Positions 29,029 to 38,086 of a stretch of 64,000 bases of DNA are shown one piece after another. The stretch comes from an uncultured Candidatus Saccharibacteria bacterium (lineage in GTDB: Bacteria > Patescibacteriota > Minisyncoccia > Phycocordibacterales > UBA12088). A model generated the notes under the pieces. It was given only the letters and a program-made list of their open reading frames with translations. It was not told where the DNA came from and did not search any database. The stretch's first letter is position 1; each line of letters begins with the position of its first letter. A program made the translations under genes and the position numbers. The stretch lies in NCBI GenBank assembly GCA_964411375.1, contig CAYPKR010000001.1, positions 168,227-232,226 on the forward strand, written 5' to 3'.

Positions 29029-29042
29029 TTTTTGATATTTCC

Positions 29043-29396
29043 ATGCAAACGAAAGCGACTACAAAAAAAGAAAAGAGAATCGTTCGCCACAAGCGAATCC
29101 GTGCGCGTGTTTCTGGTACCGGAGATAAACCTCGCCTCGCACTCTTTAAGTCAAACCGCGCCGTATCAGTACAGCTTATCGATGATTCGAAAGGAATCAC
29201 GATCGCATCAGCTACTTCCACGAAAGAAACGAAAGGTACGCTTTCTGAAAAAGGGAAGGCAGTTGGTATCGCGATTGCGAAAGCAGCAGCAGGAAAGAAG
29301 ATTACTCACGCAGTGTTCGATCGCGGGGGCTTCCTCTACGCAGGCGTAGTGAAGGCAGTTGCGGATGGTGCACGAGAAGGTGGACTCACTCTATAA
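29043..29396 (+). CDS. rplR: 50S ribosomal protein L18
   Basis: uL18 core (RLA.F.SN......QLIDD..G). Confidence 0.9.
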   Translation: MQTKATTKKEKRIVRHKRIRARVSGTGDKPRLALFKSNRAVSVQLIDDSKGITIASATSTKETKGTLSEKGKAVGIAIAKAAAGKKITHAVFDRGGFLYAGVVKAVADGAREGGLTL

Positions 29397-29402
29397 AAAG
29401 AT

Positions 29403-30011
29403 ATGGCAGACGAAATCCTTACAACTGAAGAAATGATCGAAACTCCAGTCATGGTGGCTGATGAAGCAGTTGAAGTCGCTCCATCTTCTGACGACTCAAA
29501 AGGTCGAGGAGATCGTGGTGGTCGCTTCACCAAGAACCGTCGTGAGAACCGCACACGTCGCCCAACTCGCGAACGTGTTCGTCCAGAATTTGATCAGAAA
29601 ATGATTTCTATTCGTCGTGTTGCTCGTGTTACGTCTGGAGGACGTCGTTTCAGCTTCTCTGTTGCACTCGTTGCCGGAGACAAGCGTGGACGTGTTGGTG
29701 TTGGTCTTGGAAAGGCAGGCGATACTTCGCTCGCAATTGAAAAGGCACTCCGCGCCGCAAAAAAGGCAATGATCACCGTAAATCTCACTGACAACAAATC
29801 AATTCCGCACGAAATTGACGGCAAGTACGCAAGCGCACGCATTCACATGCGCCCAGCACCCGGTCGTGGACTCGTTGCTGGTTCTGCTGCACGCACCGTT
29901 CTTGAACTTGCTGGTATCACCGATGTTTCTGCAAAAATTCTTTCGGGAAGCAAGAATCGTCTTTCAAATGCGATGGTTGCGATTGAAGCTTTGAAAAAAG
30001 TGCAAGCGTAA
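29403..30011 (+). CDS. rpsE: 30S ribosomal protein S5 with an N-terminal extension
   Basis: uS5 core (IRRVARVTSGGRRFSF..LVAGD..G.VG.G.GKA). Confidence 0.92.
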   Translation: MADEILTTEEMIETPVMVADEAVEVAPSSDDSKGRGDRGGRFTKNRRENRTRRPTRERVRPEFDQKMISIRRVARVTSGGRRFSFSVALVAGDKRGRVGVGLGKAGDTSLAIEKALRAAKKAMITVNLTDNKSIPHEIDGKYASARIHMRPAPGRGLVAGSAARTVLELAGITDVSAKILSGSKNRLSNAMVAIEALKKVQA

Positions 30012-30025
30012 TCCAAACCTAATAT

Positions 30026-30487
30026 TTGCAAACGAACATGGAACAAACGACTATTACAAAACGACATCCAAACACTGAAGCGCGCCGCGTAGGACGTGGT
30101 GGAAAGCGTGGCAAAACATCGGGTCGCGGCGGAAAAGGACAGACTGCACGTGCCGGACATCGCAAGCGCCCTGAAATGCGAGACACGATCAAGCGCCTTC
30201 CAAAGCGCCGTGGCTACGGCAAAAATCGCGCCCACACCGTAAATAATGCACGTGCTCGTGCACAGGCGGTGAATCTTCACTTGCTTGAAGATATCGTTGC
30301 GGTAGGGGACACTGTTTCGCCATCATATTTGGTTGCGCATGGTGTTCTTGTCGCACGTGGCGGTAAGATGCCAATCGTAAAGATTCTTGGTGTCGGTGCA
30401 TTTTCGAAAAAGATTACCGTGTCAGGTTGTTCAGTTTCAGATACTGCAAAAGCAGCAATTGAAAAGGCTGGCGGCACTGTTCTGTAG
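30026..30487 (+). CDS. rplO: 50S ribosomal protein L15 (it directly follows rpsE, with no L30 gene between them)
   Basis: uL15 Gly/Arg-rich N-terminus plus the conserved C-terminal domain. Confidence 0.9.
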   Translation: MQTNMEQTTITKRHPNTEARRVGRGGKRGKTSGRGGKGQTARAGHRKRPEMRDTIKRLPKRRGYGKNRAHTVNNARARAQAVNLHLLEDIVAVGDTVSPSYLVAHGVLVARGGKMPIVKILGVGAFSKKITVSGCSVSDTAKAAIEKAGGTVL

Positions 30488-30499
30488 GATTTAGTTTGC

Positions 30500-31795
30500 G
30501 TGTTATTTTCTTCATTTCCGTACATGGGAGCATTTCTCCAGAAACTACGTCTTATTTTTAGCGATACAACGCTCCGCGCACGCGTGCTGTTTCTTATCGG
30601 CATGCTTGTTGTTTTCCGTCTTATGGCAGCGGTACCTATTCCAGGTATTGATCACGAAGCACTTCGCTCTCTTCTCTCAGGTAATCAATTCCTCGGTCTT
30701 TTGAATATTTTCTCTGGCGGTGGGCTCTCGAACCTTTCGATCGTAATGCTCGGTGTTGGTCCATATATTACTGCCTCGATCATCATGCAGCTTCTCACCA
30801 TCATGGTGCCGCGCCTCAAATCGCTCTATCAGGAAGAAGGAGAAGCAGGACGCGCACGTTTTGCGCAGTACACACGCCTCATCGCGCCACCACTCGCCCT
30901 CCTCCAAGGATTTGGCTACCTGGTACTCCTTTCTCGCCAAGGTGTCGTTCCCGGAATCGAAACACTTAGCTTCGCGGTCTCACTCATTGTCATCGCGGCA
31001 GCATCGATCCTTCTCATGTGGATTGGAGAACTCATCACTGAATTCGGTATCGGAAATGGAGTTTCTTTGATCATCTTTGCTGGAATCGTTGCCTCACTTC
31101 CAACAAACATCGGCCAAGCACTCTTCTCGTTTGATGTATCCCAGATCCCGGTCATCATCGGATTCATTGTTGCGGCAATTCTCGTGACTGCAGCAGTGGT
31201 TATCATCACCGAAGCAGAGCGTCCAATCCCAATCACGTATGCAAAAACAGTACGTGGTGCAAAGTCGTTTGGCGGATCCGCAACATACTTGCCGCTTCGC
31301 GTAAATCAGGCAGGAGTTATTCCAATCATCTTCGCATTGTCTTTGCTCCTTTTCCCACAGATGATTTTGAACGTATCACTTCAGTATTTGCACGGTGGTG
31401 CGCTAACATTTGCAACCAAAGCACTCGCACTGTTTGCAAACCAGTATTTCTACGGTGGTCTCTATTTCATTCTCGTCTTCTTCTTCACGTACTTCTACAC
31501 CGCAGTTACCTTTGATCCAGACACGATTGCACGTAACCTTCAGCAGTCAGGTGCATTCATTCCTGGCGTTCGCCCCGGCCAAACAACATCCGAATACATC
31601 GGCAACATTTTGACCCGCATCACACTCGTCGGCGCAATCTTCCTTGGTCTCATCGCCGTTCTTCCGATAGTTATGCAAAACATAACGGGCGTGAAATCGC
31701 TCGCAATCGGTGGTACCGCACTCTTGATCGCCGTATCGGTAATTTTGGATCTCGTCAGAAAGATAGATGCGCAAGTTTCAATGCGCGAATATTAG
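30500..31795 (+). CDS. secY: preprotein translocase subunit SecY
   Basis: 431 aa, 10 TM helices, SecY signature regions. Confidence 0.92.
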   Translation: MLFSSFPYMGAFLQKLRLIFSDTTLRARVLFLIGMLVVFRLMAAVPIPGIDHEALRSLLSGNQFLGLLNIFSGGGLSNLSIVMLGVGPYITASIIMQLLTIMVPRLKSLYQEEGEAGRARFAQYTRLIAPPLALLQGFGYLVLLSRQGVVPGIETLSFAVSLIVIAAASILLMWIGELITEFGIGNGVSLIIFAGIVASLPTNIGQALFSFDVSQIPVIIGFIVAAILVTAAVVIITEAERPIPITYAKTVRGAKSFGGSATYLPLRVNQAGVIPIIFALSLLLFPQMILNVSLQYLHGGALTFATKALALFANQYFYGGLYFILVFFFTYFYTAVTFDPDTIARNLQQSGAFIPGVRPGQTTSEYIGNILTRITLVGAIFLGLIAVLPIVMQNITGVKSLAIGGTALLIAVSVILDLVRKIDAQVSMREY

Positions 31796-31910
31796 TTGCG
31801 TCTAAAATCTCCATCTGCTTTGTTGCAGACTCCAGTCCTCACGAGTCGTATTTTCATACGGCTCGTTTCGGTCTTCGTCTGCGCCTCGCATCTGAAAATT
31901 TTAGACGCAA
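31796..31910 (+). repeat. structured intergenic element, copy B, with a perfect 13-bp terminal inverted repeat
   Basis: TTGCGTCTAAAAT at the 5' end and ATTTTAGACGCAA at the 3' end. The internal sequence is homologous to 7066-7173. It lies between the convergent secY and cmk genes. Confidence 0.55.
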
Positions 31911-31929
31911 CTAAAAGTTAGTGCCAAAA

Positions 31930-32511
31930 TCACACTTCAACTCCATTTGCGCTACAGCGCTCACGGTATTTTGTAGCGATCTCCCCAATCGTTTCTTCGA
32001 GCGGTTTTGTGCCGGTATCAATCACAAGGTTGTAATTAGTAAGATCTCCCGGATCAATGTTGTAGAGCGTTCGGTAGCGTTTCTGTTCACTCTCAAAGCG
32101 AGTCATTAGACTTTCAAATGCTTGACTTCGGTTACTCACTTCTTCGCCGCTCGCTCTTCGTGCATCTGTTTGATCGCGTGCGATCCGGTCTGCCGCAATT
32201 TGTAAATCGAGATTCAGATAGACCTTAAACGAATCGGGAATCCAGTGGAATGCGAGACGTGAGTCGATAACAACCCGATCACGCTCTCGCATCTTCTTAT
32301 TTTCAGCATCGATCATTTCATCAATAGTCGGATCATTCTCGGCAATCGCACCAAGCTCTGCGAGCGAAATGTTCCGATCCGCTGCAATCTTTCGCATAAA
32401 ATCGCCTGATGAAAAGTGCGTATATCCGAGTGCTGAGGCGACACCTTTGGCTGTTGATGATTTTCCGCTCCCTGGTTTTCCTGCGATGGTAATAATCCTT
32501 GGTAGATTCAT
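31930..32511 (-). CDS. cmk: cytidylate kinase
   Basis: IITIAGKPGSGKSST P-loop plus the CMP-kinase core. Start set at MNLPRI... Confidence 0.75.
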   Translation of the reverse strand: MNLPRIITIAGKPGSGKSSTAKGVASALGYTHFSSGDFMRKIAADRNISLAELGAIAENDPTIDEMIDAENKKMRERDRVVIDSRLAFHWIPDSFKVYLNLDLQIAADRIARDQTDARRASGEEVSNRSQAFESLMTRFESEQKRYRTLYNIDPGDLTNYNLVIDTGTKPLEETIGEIATKYRERCSANGVEV

Positions 32512-32582
32512 TTCACGATTAAAGCATGGAATGGCTTTTCGTTTTACTTGTGAAAGGTCCAATCTTTCAGTATGCTCAAGGT

Positions 32583-33170
32583 ATGCAAACACCGCGCACG
32601 GTGATATTTTTCGGCAAGCAAGGAAGCGGCAAGGGAACGCAAGCACTTCGCCTCGAGGAAGAACTCCGCAAAAGCGGAGCAGTTTTTCATTTTCAAACAG
32701 GACACGCGTTTCGTGAAATGGTTGAACAAAAAGGATACACCAACGAGCTTGTTGGAGAGACACTTCCGGGCGGACAAATCCAACCGCTTTTCATCGCGGT
32801 GTGGCTTTGGGCAGATGCGTTCGTCAAAAATTTGACTGGCAACGAACACCTCATCGCCGATGGATTCCCGCGTCGTGTCACCGAAGCGCAGATATTAAAT
32901 GCCGCTTTTGAATTTTACGGTCGTGAACAGGTTGATGTTATCAATCTCACCATTCCAAACGATATAGCGCTTGAACGTATGCTTGCTCGTCATCGCTCTG
33001 ATGATACGAAGGATGCAATTATGGAACGGCTCGAATGGCACGATCGTGAAGCAACGCCCGTCATTGAGTATTTCCGCGATATGCGGCGCTATGACGTCCA
33101 TGACATTGATGCGATAAAGTCTCCTGATGAGGTTTTTGCTGAAATCATTGCCGCACTTAAACTCTCCTAA
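32583..33170 (+). CDS. adk: adenylate kinase
   Basis: VIFFGKQGSGKGTQA P-loop and an LID region. Start set at MQTPRT... Confidence 0.85.
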   Translation: MQTPRTVIFFGKQGSGKGTQALRLEEELRKSGAVFHFQTGHAFREMVEQKGYTNELVGETLPGGQIQPLFIAVWLWADAFVKNLTGNEHLIADGFPRRVTEAQILNAAFEFYGREQVDVINLTIPNDIALERMLARHRSDDTKDAIMERLEWHDREATPVIEYFRDMRRYDVHDIDAIKSPDEVFAEIIAALKLS

Positions 33171-33174
33171 TCAA

Positions 33175-33951
33175 ATGGCACAGATTGCCATCAAAACAAA
33201 AGAAGATATTGAAAAACTACGCGTTGGTGGACGAAAGCTTCGTCGCATTTTGAAAACACTTGGTGAGAAATGTGTTCCAGGAATGTCGACTGGCGAGCTT
33301 AATCGTCTCTGCGAAGAAATGATTCGCGAAGACAACGATGTTCCCGCGTTTCTTAATTATCGTCCTCGGAGTGCAGCCAAACCATTTCCTGCATCTCTGT
33401 GTGTCTGTATCAACGACGAAGTGGTCCACGGCATTCCGGACGATGATCGAATTCTCGAAGAAGGTGACATTATCTCGGTTGATGCAGGACTCATTCACAA
33501 AGGATTGGTCGTCGACTCATCGCTCACGGTCAGTGTCGGCAAACTCGATAAGAATGGAAAGAAACTTATCAGTGTCGCGGAGAGCGCACTCCTCGAAGGC
33601 ATCGCCGCAGCACAAGCGGGGAATAGAGTGGGCGATATTTCGCACGCAGTATATTCATATGTAACCAAAGCGGGATTCTCAATCGTGGAAGAGCTTGGCG
33701 GACACGGCGTTGGCTATCAGGTGCACGAAGCGCCGGACATTCCGAATGTCGGCAAAAAAGGCACGGGCGCAATGCTTGAACCAGGAATGGTCATTGCGAT
33801 CGAACCAATTATTGTTGAAAAAAATCCGAGCATCTTTTTGTCGGACGACGGCTATACTATTTTTACGGAAGATGGCGGACGTGCGGCGATCGCAGAGCAC
33901 ACAGTGCTTATTACTGAAGGAGAGGCAGAGATACTAACCGCAGACGAGTAA
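33175..33951 (+). CDS. map: methionine aminopeptidase, type I
   Basis: Pita-bread fold metal ligands (D..D...H...E...E). 258 aa. Confidence 0.88.
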   Translation: MAQIAIKTKEDIEKLRVGGRKLRRILKTLGEKCVPGMSTGELNRLCEEMIREDNDVPAFLNYRPRSAAKPFPASLCVCINDEVVHGIPDDDRILEEGDIISVDAGLIHKGLVVDSSLTVSVGKLDKNGKKLISVAESALLEGIAAAQAGNRVGDISHAVYSYVTKAGFSIVEELGGHGVGYQVHEAPDIPNVGKKGTGAMLEPGMVIAIEPIIVEKNPSIFLSDDGYTIFTEDGGRAAIAEHTVLITEGEAEILTADE

Positions 33952-33964
33952 CACAAAAGGATTC

Positions 33965-33992
33965 GCCGCCGCCCGCAGAAGCGGGCGGCGGC
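33965..33992. terminator. bidirectional terminator after map
   Basis: cgccgccgcccgc-agaa-gcgggcggcggc. Confidence 0.55.
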
Positions 33993-34372
33993 TTTCGTTC
34001 ACGTCGAGAACCTGTCCATCACCGCGCGACTGCGCTACGGTTTCAACGGCTTACTTCGTCGGTCGTGGTTCCGGCACGTCCCAAGGGCACAGGCAGTCCC
34101 GCCAAATGAATGGTTGACCTGGGCTGATGCCTGGTTTGCCGTCTTTCATAGCAATCACCTTCCTGATGGATTGATGTGTGAAAGGCGTCGTACATCGCTC
34201 ATTGGCAAGAGCTAGATGACGCCCTCGATCGGGAGACCCCAGTGAGGTCCTGGTGCAGGTTTACACAATGAAATCACCCCCTTTCCACTTTCCAAACACT
34301 AGCATTCCCCACTCACATTGTAAAAAGCGTCCCTCTATGGCAGAATTGCCGAACTAGCATCTAATATTTGAT

Positions 34373-34981
34373 ATGGAACAACACTTCAGCAAAGAGCGCA
34401 CTCTCGTCATCATTAAGCCTGATGGCGTTCAGCGCACCTTGGTTGGCGAAATTATTGGTCGCCTTGAGCGCGTTGGTTTGAAGCTTGTCGGTATGAAGCT
34501 CATGGTTCCGCCAGCGGATAAAACTGAACAGCATTATCTCCTCGATCCGAAATGGCTTCAAAATGTCGGCGAGAAAGCGATTGCCGCATACGAAAAGAAG
34601 GGGATCACTCCTCCCACAACGGATCCAAAGGAAGCGGGTCAAAAAGTTTTGAATGGCCTCAAAACCTATTTCACTGCAGGTCCTGCAGTCTTCATGGTGT
34701 GGCAGGGTGCGCATGCAGTTCCCGTTGTCCGAAAGATAGTTGGTTCGACCGAACCATTGTCATCTGACGTTGGAACGATCCGCGGCGACTTCGTTCTCGA
34801 TTCATACCAAATGGCAGACACCGACAATCGCGCCGTGCGCAATCTCATTCATGCATCTGGATCAGTAGATGAAGCAAATATGGAAATTCCTCATTGGTTT
34901 CAAGCAAACGAACTCACTGACTACAAGCTCGTGCAAGAATCGATTCTCTACGATGTAAACATGGACGGCATCCTCGAATAA
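34373..34981 (+). CDS. ndk: nucleoside diphosphate kinase (long form)
   Basis: TLVIIKPDGV...NLIHASGSV active-site His region. 202 aa. Confidence 0.85.
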   Translation: MEQHFSKERTLVIIKPDGVQRTLVGEIIGRLERVGLKLVGMKLMVPPADKTEQHYLLDPKWLQNVGEKAIAAYEKKGITPPTTDPKEAGQKVLNGLKTYFTAGPAVFMVWQGAHAVPVVRKIVGSTEPLSSDVGTIRGDFVLDSYQMADTDNRAVRNLIHASGSVDEANMEIPHWFQANELTDYKLVQESILYDVNMDGILE

Positions 34982-35075
34982 TCTGTCCCAATCTGCTATA
35001 GTCGCTTGCAGAAGGCCTGTCACGATCACGAGACAGGTCGTTTGTATCTGGAGGATAGCATCATGGATCTCATGA

Positions 35076-36071
35076 ATGGGGCGGGTGGGTTCAATAAAAA
35101 CTCGCTCAACACCATCAAGCTTCTTGGCAACAGCGCAGTCACCACTATTTACCATGGGTTCATATGTTCCAGAACCCCGTTTCGGGAACAAGAAGTCAAG
35201 AAATCATCGAGGCGATCTTTTCTATGTTGATCCCGAGACAGGGGAAGCCATCAATGCGATGAATCTTCCTGACTCGTGGGGCATCGAGGGACTTCGCGCG
35301 CATTTGCCAGAAATGGTCAAGCTCGCTCACTCGCTCGGTAAAAAACTTCGCATTAGTTTTGCCGGATTCGAAGCGGGAGATTTTGCCCGATTCACGGAGA
35401 TGATCTACTCGCTCAAGCCGGAACATCGTCCGGATGAGATCGAGCTTAATTTCGGATGTCCCAATGCGGCGGGGCACGGAATCATTTCCTACAATTTCTC
35501 GCTATTTCGAGATTGTACAAAAGCATCACTGTCTACAATGCCTCGATTTCGTGTGATACCGACCGACATCAAGGTTTCACCAATCATGGCTGCGCCAGTC
35601 TTGGTTAGCGAAAAAACCGGACTCTATGAAGAGATCGCTTCTCTACTTTCTCCACCCTTCCAGGGAAGACGACGCATTCGAGCAATCGTCACTACCAATA
35701 CTCTCCCGGGTCAGCGAAGGGTTGACGCCGACGGACATTCGCGGATTGCCGCTATTGTGCAGGACGGACCCCTGAGAAATACGCTTGTTGAAACAGGAGG
35801 TATGAGTGGGGGAGATCGAATGCTCCTGATTCTCTGCCAAGAAGCGGAGAATTGGAACAAACATCTGCATCCCGAGATTGGTCTCTTTGTGGTCGGAGGA
35901 ATCAGACGCAGAGAACATGTACGGGATGCCGTGAATGCGGGCGGCGGTCCAAGGCGTGTGCTCGGTGTTCAAGTCCTTACGGCGATTTTTGTTGCGCCGC
36001 ACGATGCAGGTAAACGCATATTGGAAGAAGTGGGACAGGGGATTGCAATGTGGTTCCCTGATGAGGAATGA
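35076..36071 (+). CDS. dihydroorotate dehydrogenase family protein (PyrD-like)
   Basis: IELNFGCPN motif and C-terminal VVGGI....DA....GG....VQV FMN-binding pattern. The start could instead be the internal Met at about 35151. Confidence 0.6.
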   Translation: MGRVGSIKTRSTPSSFLATAQSPLFTMGSYVPEPRFGNKKSRNHRGDLFYVDPETGEAINAMNLPDSWGIEGLRAHLPEMVKLAHSLGKKLRISFAGFEAGDFARFTEMIYSLKPEHRPDEIELNFGCPNAAGHGIISYNFSLFRDCTKASLSTMPRFRVIPTDIKVSPIMAAPVLVSEKTGLYEEIASLLSPPFQGRRRIRAIVTTNTLPGQRRVDADGHSRIAAIVQDGPLRNTLVETGGMSGGDRMLLILCQEAENWNKHLHPEIGLFVVGGIRRREHVRDAVNAGGGPRRVLGVQVLTAIFVAPHDAGKRILEEVGQGIAMWFPDEE

Positions 36072-36082
36072 ATGACTTTGTG

Positions 36083-36121
36083 GAGCGCTGCCGGTGTACC
36101 GGTGGCGCTCAATTCTTTTTT
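36083..36121 (+). terminator. intrinsic terminator after the PyrD-like gene
   Basis: gagcgctgccggtg-ta-ccggtggcgctc followed by aattctttttt. Confidence 0.6.
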
Positions 36122-36193
36122 CGGGTAGAGTGCACCGCAGACCGCAATCACGCGGACTGTGTTCAAAACTGTTGAAGAAAGGGAATACGTGTC

Positions 36194-37333
36194 ATGTTGA
36201 TCTCTCTCAAGAATGTCTTCAAACCCCACATTCATACTCGGTGGGAGTGGGCGTTGTTTTCACACATCATCGGCAAAACCGCTCCGAGGTGTTCGCATTT
36301 CATTGCGCAACCTAATCCGCTTGGTCATCTCATCACGGATATGGATCGCACAGAAGAATATCAAGAAATGCACGATCGTGTACTTGAGCTTCGCGGAATT
36401 ACCGATTGTAATGCACTGATGTCGTTCTATTTAACTGAGGAAACTCCGCCCCTTGTAATAGAGGAAGTCTTTGAGGCAGGTGCTGCGGTAGAGATTAAGG
36501 TCTATCCTCGCGGAAGCAAGGGCGGTGGAACGACTGGTGCACATGCTGGGGTTCGCAATGTTCGCCTCATCAGGGAACAACTTGGCTGTGCCGAAGCTAT
36601 CGGGATGCCCATCAAATTTCATGGAACTCGCGTTGAAAGAGATAATGGCGACCCACTCGACCCATTCGATGAGGAAGAGCAGTTTTTTATGCTCAATGAT
36701 TTCCCCTGGGTCAGGAGAAATTTTCCTCGCCTGAAAATTGTCCTTGCACACGTGTCGACTAAGGAGGGTGTCGAAGCCATCCAAGGTGACGAGAGCGGTC
36801 TCACATGGGGCGAATTTGCACCCCAACACATCCTGGCCAATCGACTGCATATGTGTCGTCCGGAAGATGGTGTGAACACCACCTACACGTATCGGCCGCT
36901 TCCTCAGACGCAGGCAAATATGTGGGCATGTCTCGACTTCGCCACATCTGGCGACCCGCGTGCGATGATCGGCAGCGACTGCGCCGCTCACTATGTCGAA
37001 ATTGGGAAGAGTCAGCCATTTCGTGCCGCTTGCGGGATGTATATGGGTGGCAACGAACTTCTCTGGTACGCGACTGCACATTCGGTCGCAGATCGAAAGT
37101 GGGGCGGCAACAGGATGGACAATCTCCAACCATTTGTCTCTCGTCCGTATGGTATTTACACCGTTGCAGGCGACGAGATCCCCAAGAATGGGAAAACAAT
37201 CGATCTTGCTGAGGAAGAGTGGACAGTCGATAGCCTAGAAGAGGTTCCTGATACAGGGAAACATCTCTGTGCGTTCGGCTACCATCCAGATCCACAATTT
37301 CGCATTCCTTGTGAATTTACATTTGCTACATGA
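36194..37333 (+). CDS. pyrC: dihydroorotase, class II (PyrC-like)
   Basis: Aligns by eye with E. coli PyrC: PHIHTR (HxH), GMPIKFHG, KIVLAHVSTK, TWGEFAPQHI..NR.HM, MIGSDCAAH. Confidence 0.7.
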   Translation: MLISLKNVFKPHIHTRWEWALFSHIIGKTAPRCSHFIAQPNPLGHLITDMDRTEEYQEMHDRVLELRGITDCNALMSFYLTEETPPLVIEEVFEAGAAVEIKVYPRGSKGGGTTGAHAGVRNVRLIREQLGCAEAIGMPIKFHGTRVERDNGDPLDPFDEEEQFFMLNDFPWVRRNFPRLKIVLAHVSTKEGVEAIQGDESGLTWGEFAPQHILANRLHMCRPEDGVNTTYTYRPLPQTQANMWACLDFATSGDPRAMIGSDCAAHYVEIGKSQPFRAACGMYMGGNELLWYATAHSVADRKWGGNRMDNLQPFVSRPYGIYTVAGDEIPKNGKTIDLAEEEWTVDSLEEVPDTGKHLCAFGYHPDPQFRIPCEFTFAT

Positions 37334-37350
37334 ATTTTTCGCCGCGTTCG

Positions 37351-37391
37351 CACACCTTGTACGAACGCGGCTCAATTTTTTGATATTCAAA
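37351..37391 (+). terminator. intrinsic terminator after pyrC
   Basis: gccgcgttcg-cacaccttgta-cgaacgcggc followed by tcaattttttg. Confidence 0.6.
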
Positions 37392-37555
37392 AAATCAGAG
37401 TATACTGAGAAATAGGTTACCTAGCTATTTGTCCTTCGTAACTATTTTGCAAGGGAGTTCCATATAATTTAGCCGGTAATGAGAATTCATTTTTTCAGCA
37501 CTGCCTAATTGCGAACACCCACTTGGTACATACCAAGGGCAAATAGCACTGGGTA

Positions 37556-37598
37556 GCCGACAAAAAATTCGCCTATGAGGGCGAATTTTTTGTCGGCT
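37556..37598. promoter_or_regulatory. 19-bp perfect inverted repeat (bidirectional terminator or operator) upstream of the 37633 gene
   Basis: gccgacaaaaaattcgccc-tatga-gggcgaattttttgtcggc. A second 16-bp palindrome, CTTGGTACATACCAAG, lies at 37522-37537. A TATAAT sits about 6 nt before the ATG. Confidence 0.4.
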
Positions 37599-37632
37599 GT
37601 CCCTCTCTAACTCTTTCAGCTATAATCCCTGC

Positions 37633-38052
37633 ATGCCGCGACACATTCTCTCATTGATACTTCTGGCGTTTGTCGCGTCCCTTATTGCGAGTGCACACAT
37701 CGCTGCGATCACGCACTACTGGTATTGGTCATATCCCTTGATCGATGTACCGATGCATTTTTCGGGCGGATTTTTTATCGGTGGATTTATACTCGTACTC
37801 CTAACCACCTTTGACCGAAGTGATCGCTATTTGCATCGCTCGATCCGGAACGCACTTCTTGCTGCGCTTGCTGTTGGATTCGGATGGGAAGTTTTTGAAA
37901 CGATCACGGGACTCTCAACGGGGGGACCAGCATGGTATTACTGGTATGACTCAATCAAAGACCTAATTATGGATATGCTCGGCGGCGTGACCGCAGGATT
38001 CTTATTTGGAAAATTACTACGAGCGAGCGATTACTCAAAGAAGATGTCATAA
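37633..38052 (+). CDS. hypothetical polytopic membrane protein (VanZ-like size and topology)
   Basis: 139 aa with four hydrophobic helices. Confidence 0.5.
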   Translation: MPRHILSLILLAFVASLIASAHIAAITHYWYWSYPLIDVPMHFSGGFFIGGFILVLLTTFDRSDRYLHRSIRNALLAALAVGFGWEVFETITGLSTGGPAWYYWYDSIKDLIMDMLGGVTAGFLFGKLLRASDYSKKMS

Positions 38053-38058
38053 CAAAAA

Positions 38059-38080
38059 ATCGCCGGCATCTGCCGGCGAT
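38059..38080. terminator. bidirectional terminator between the membrane protein gene and rplT
   Basis: aaaaaatcgccggc-atc-tgccggcgatttttt. Confidence 0.65.
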
Positions 38081-38086
38081 TTTTTG

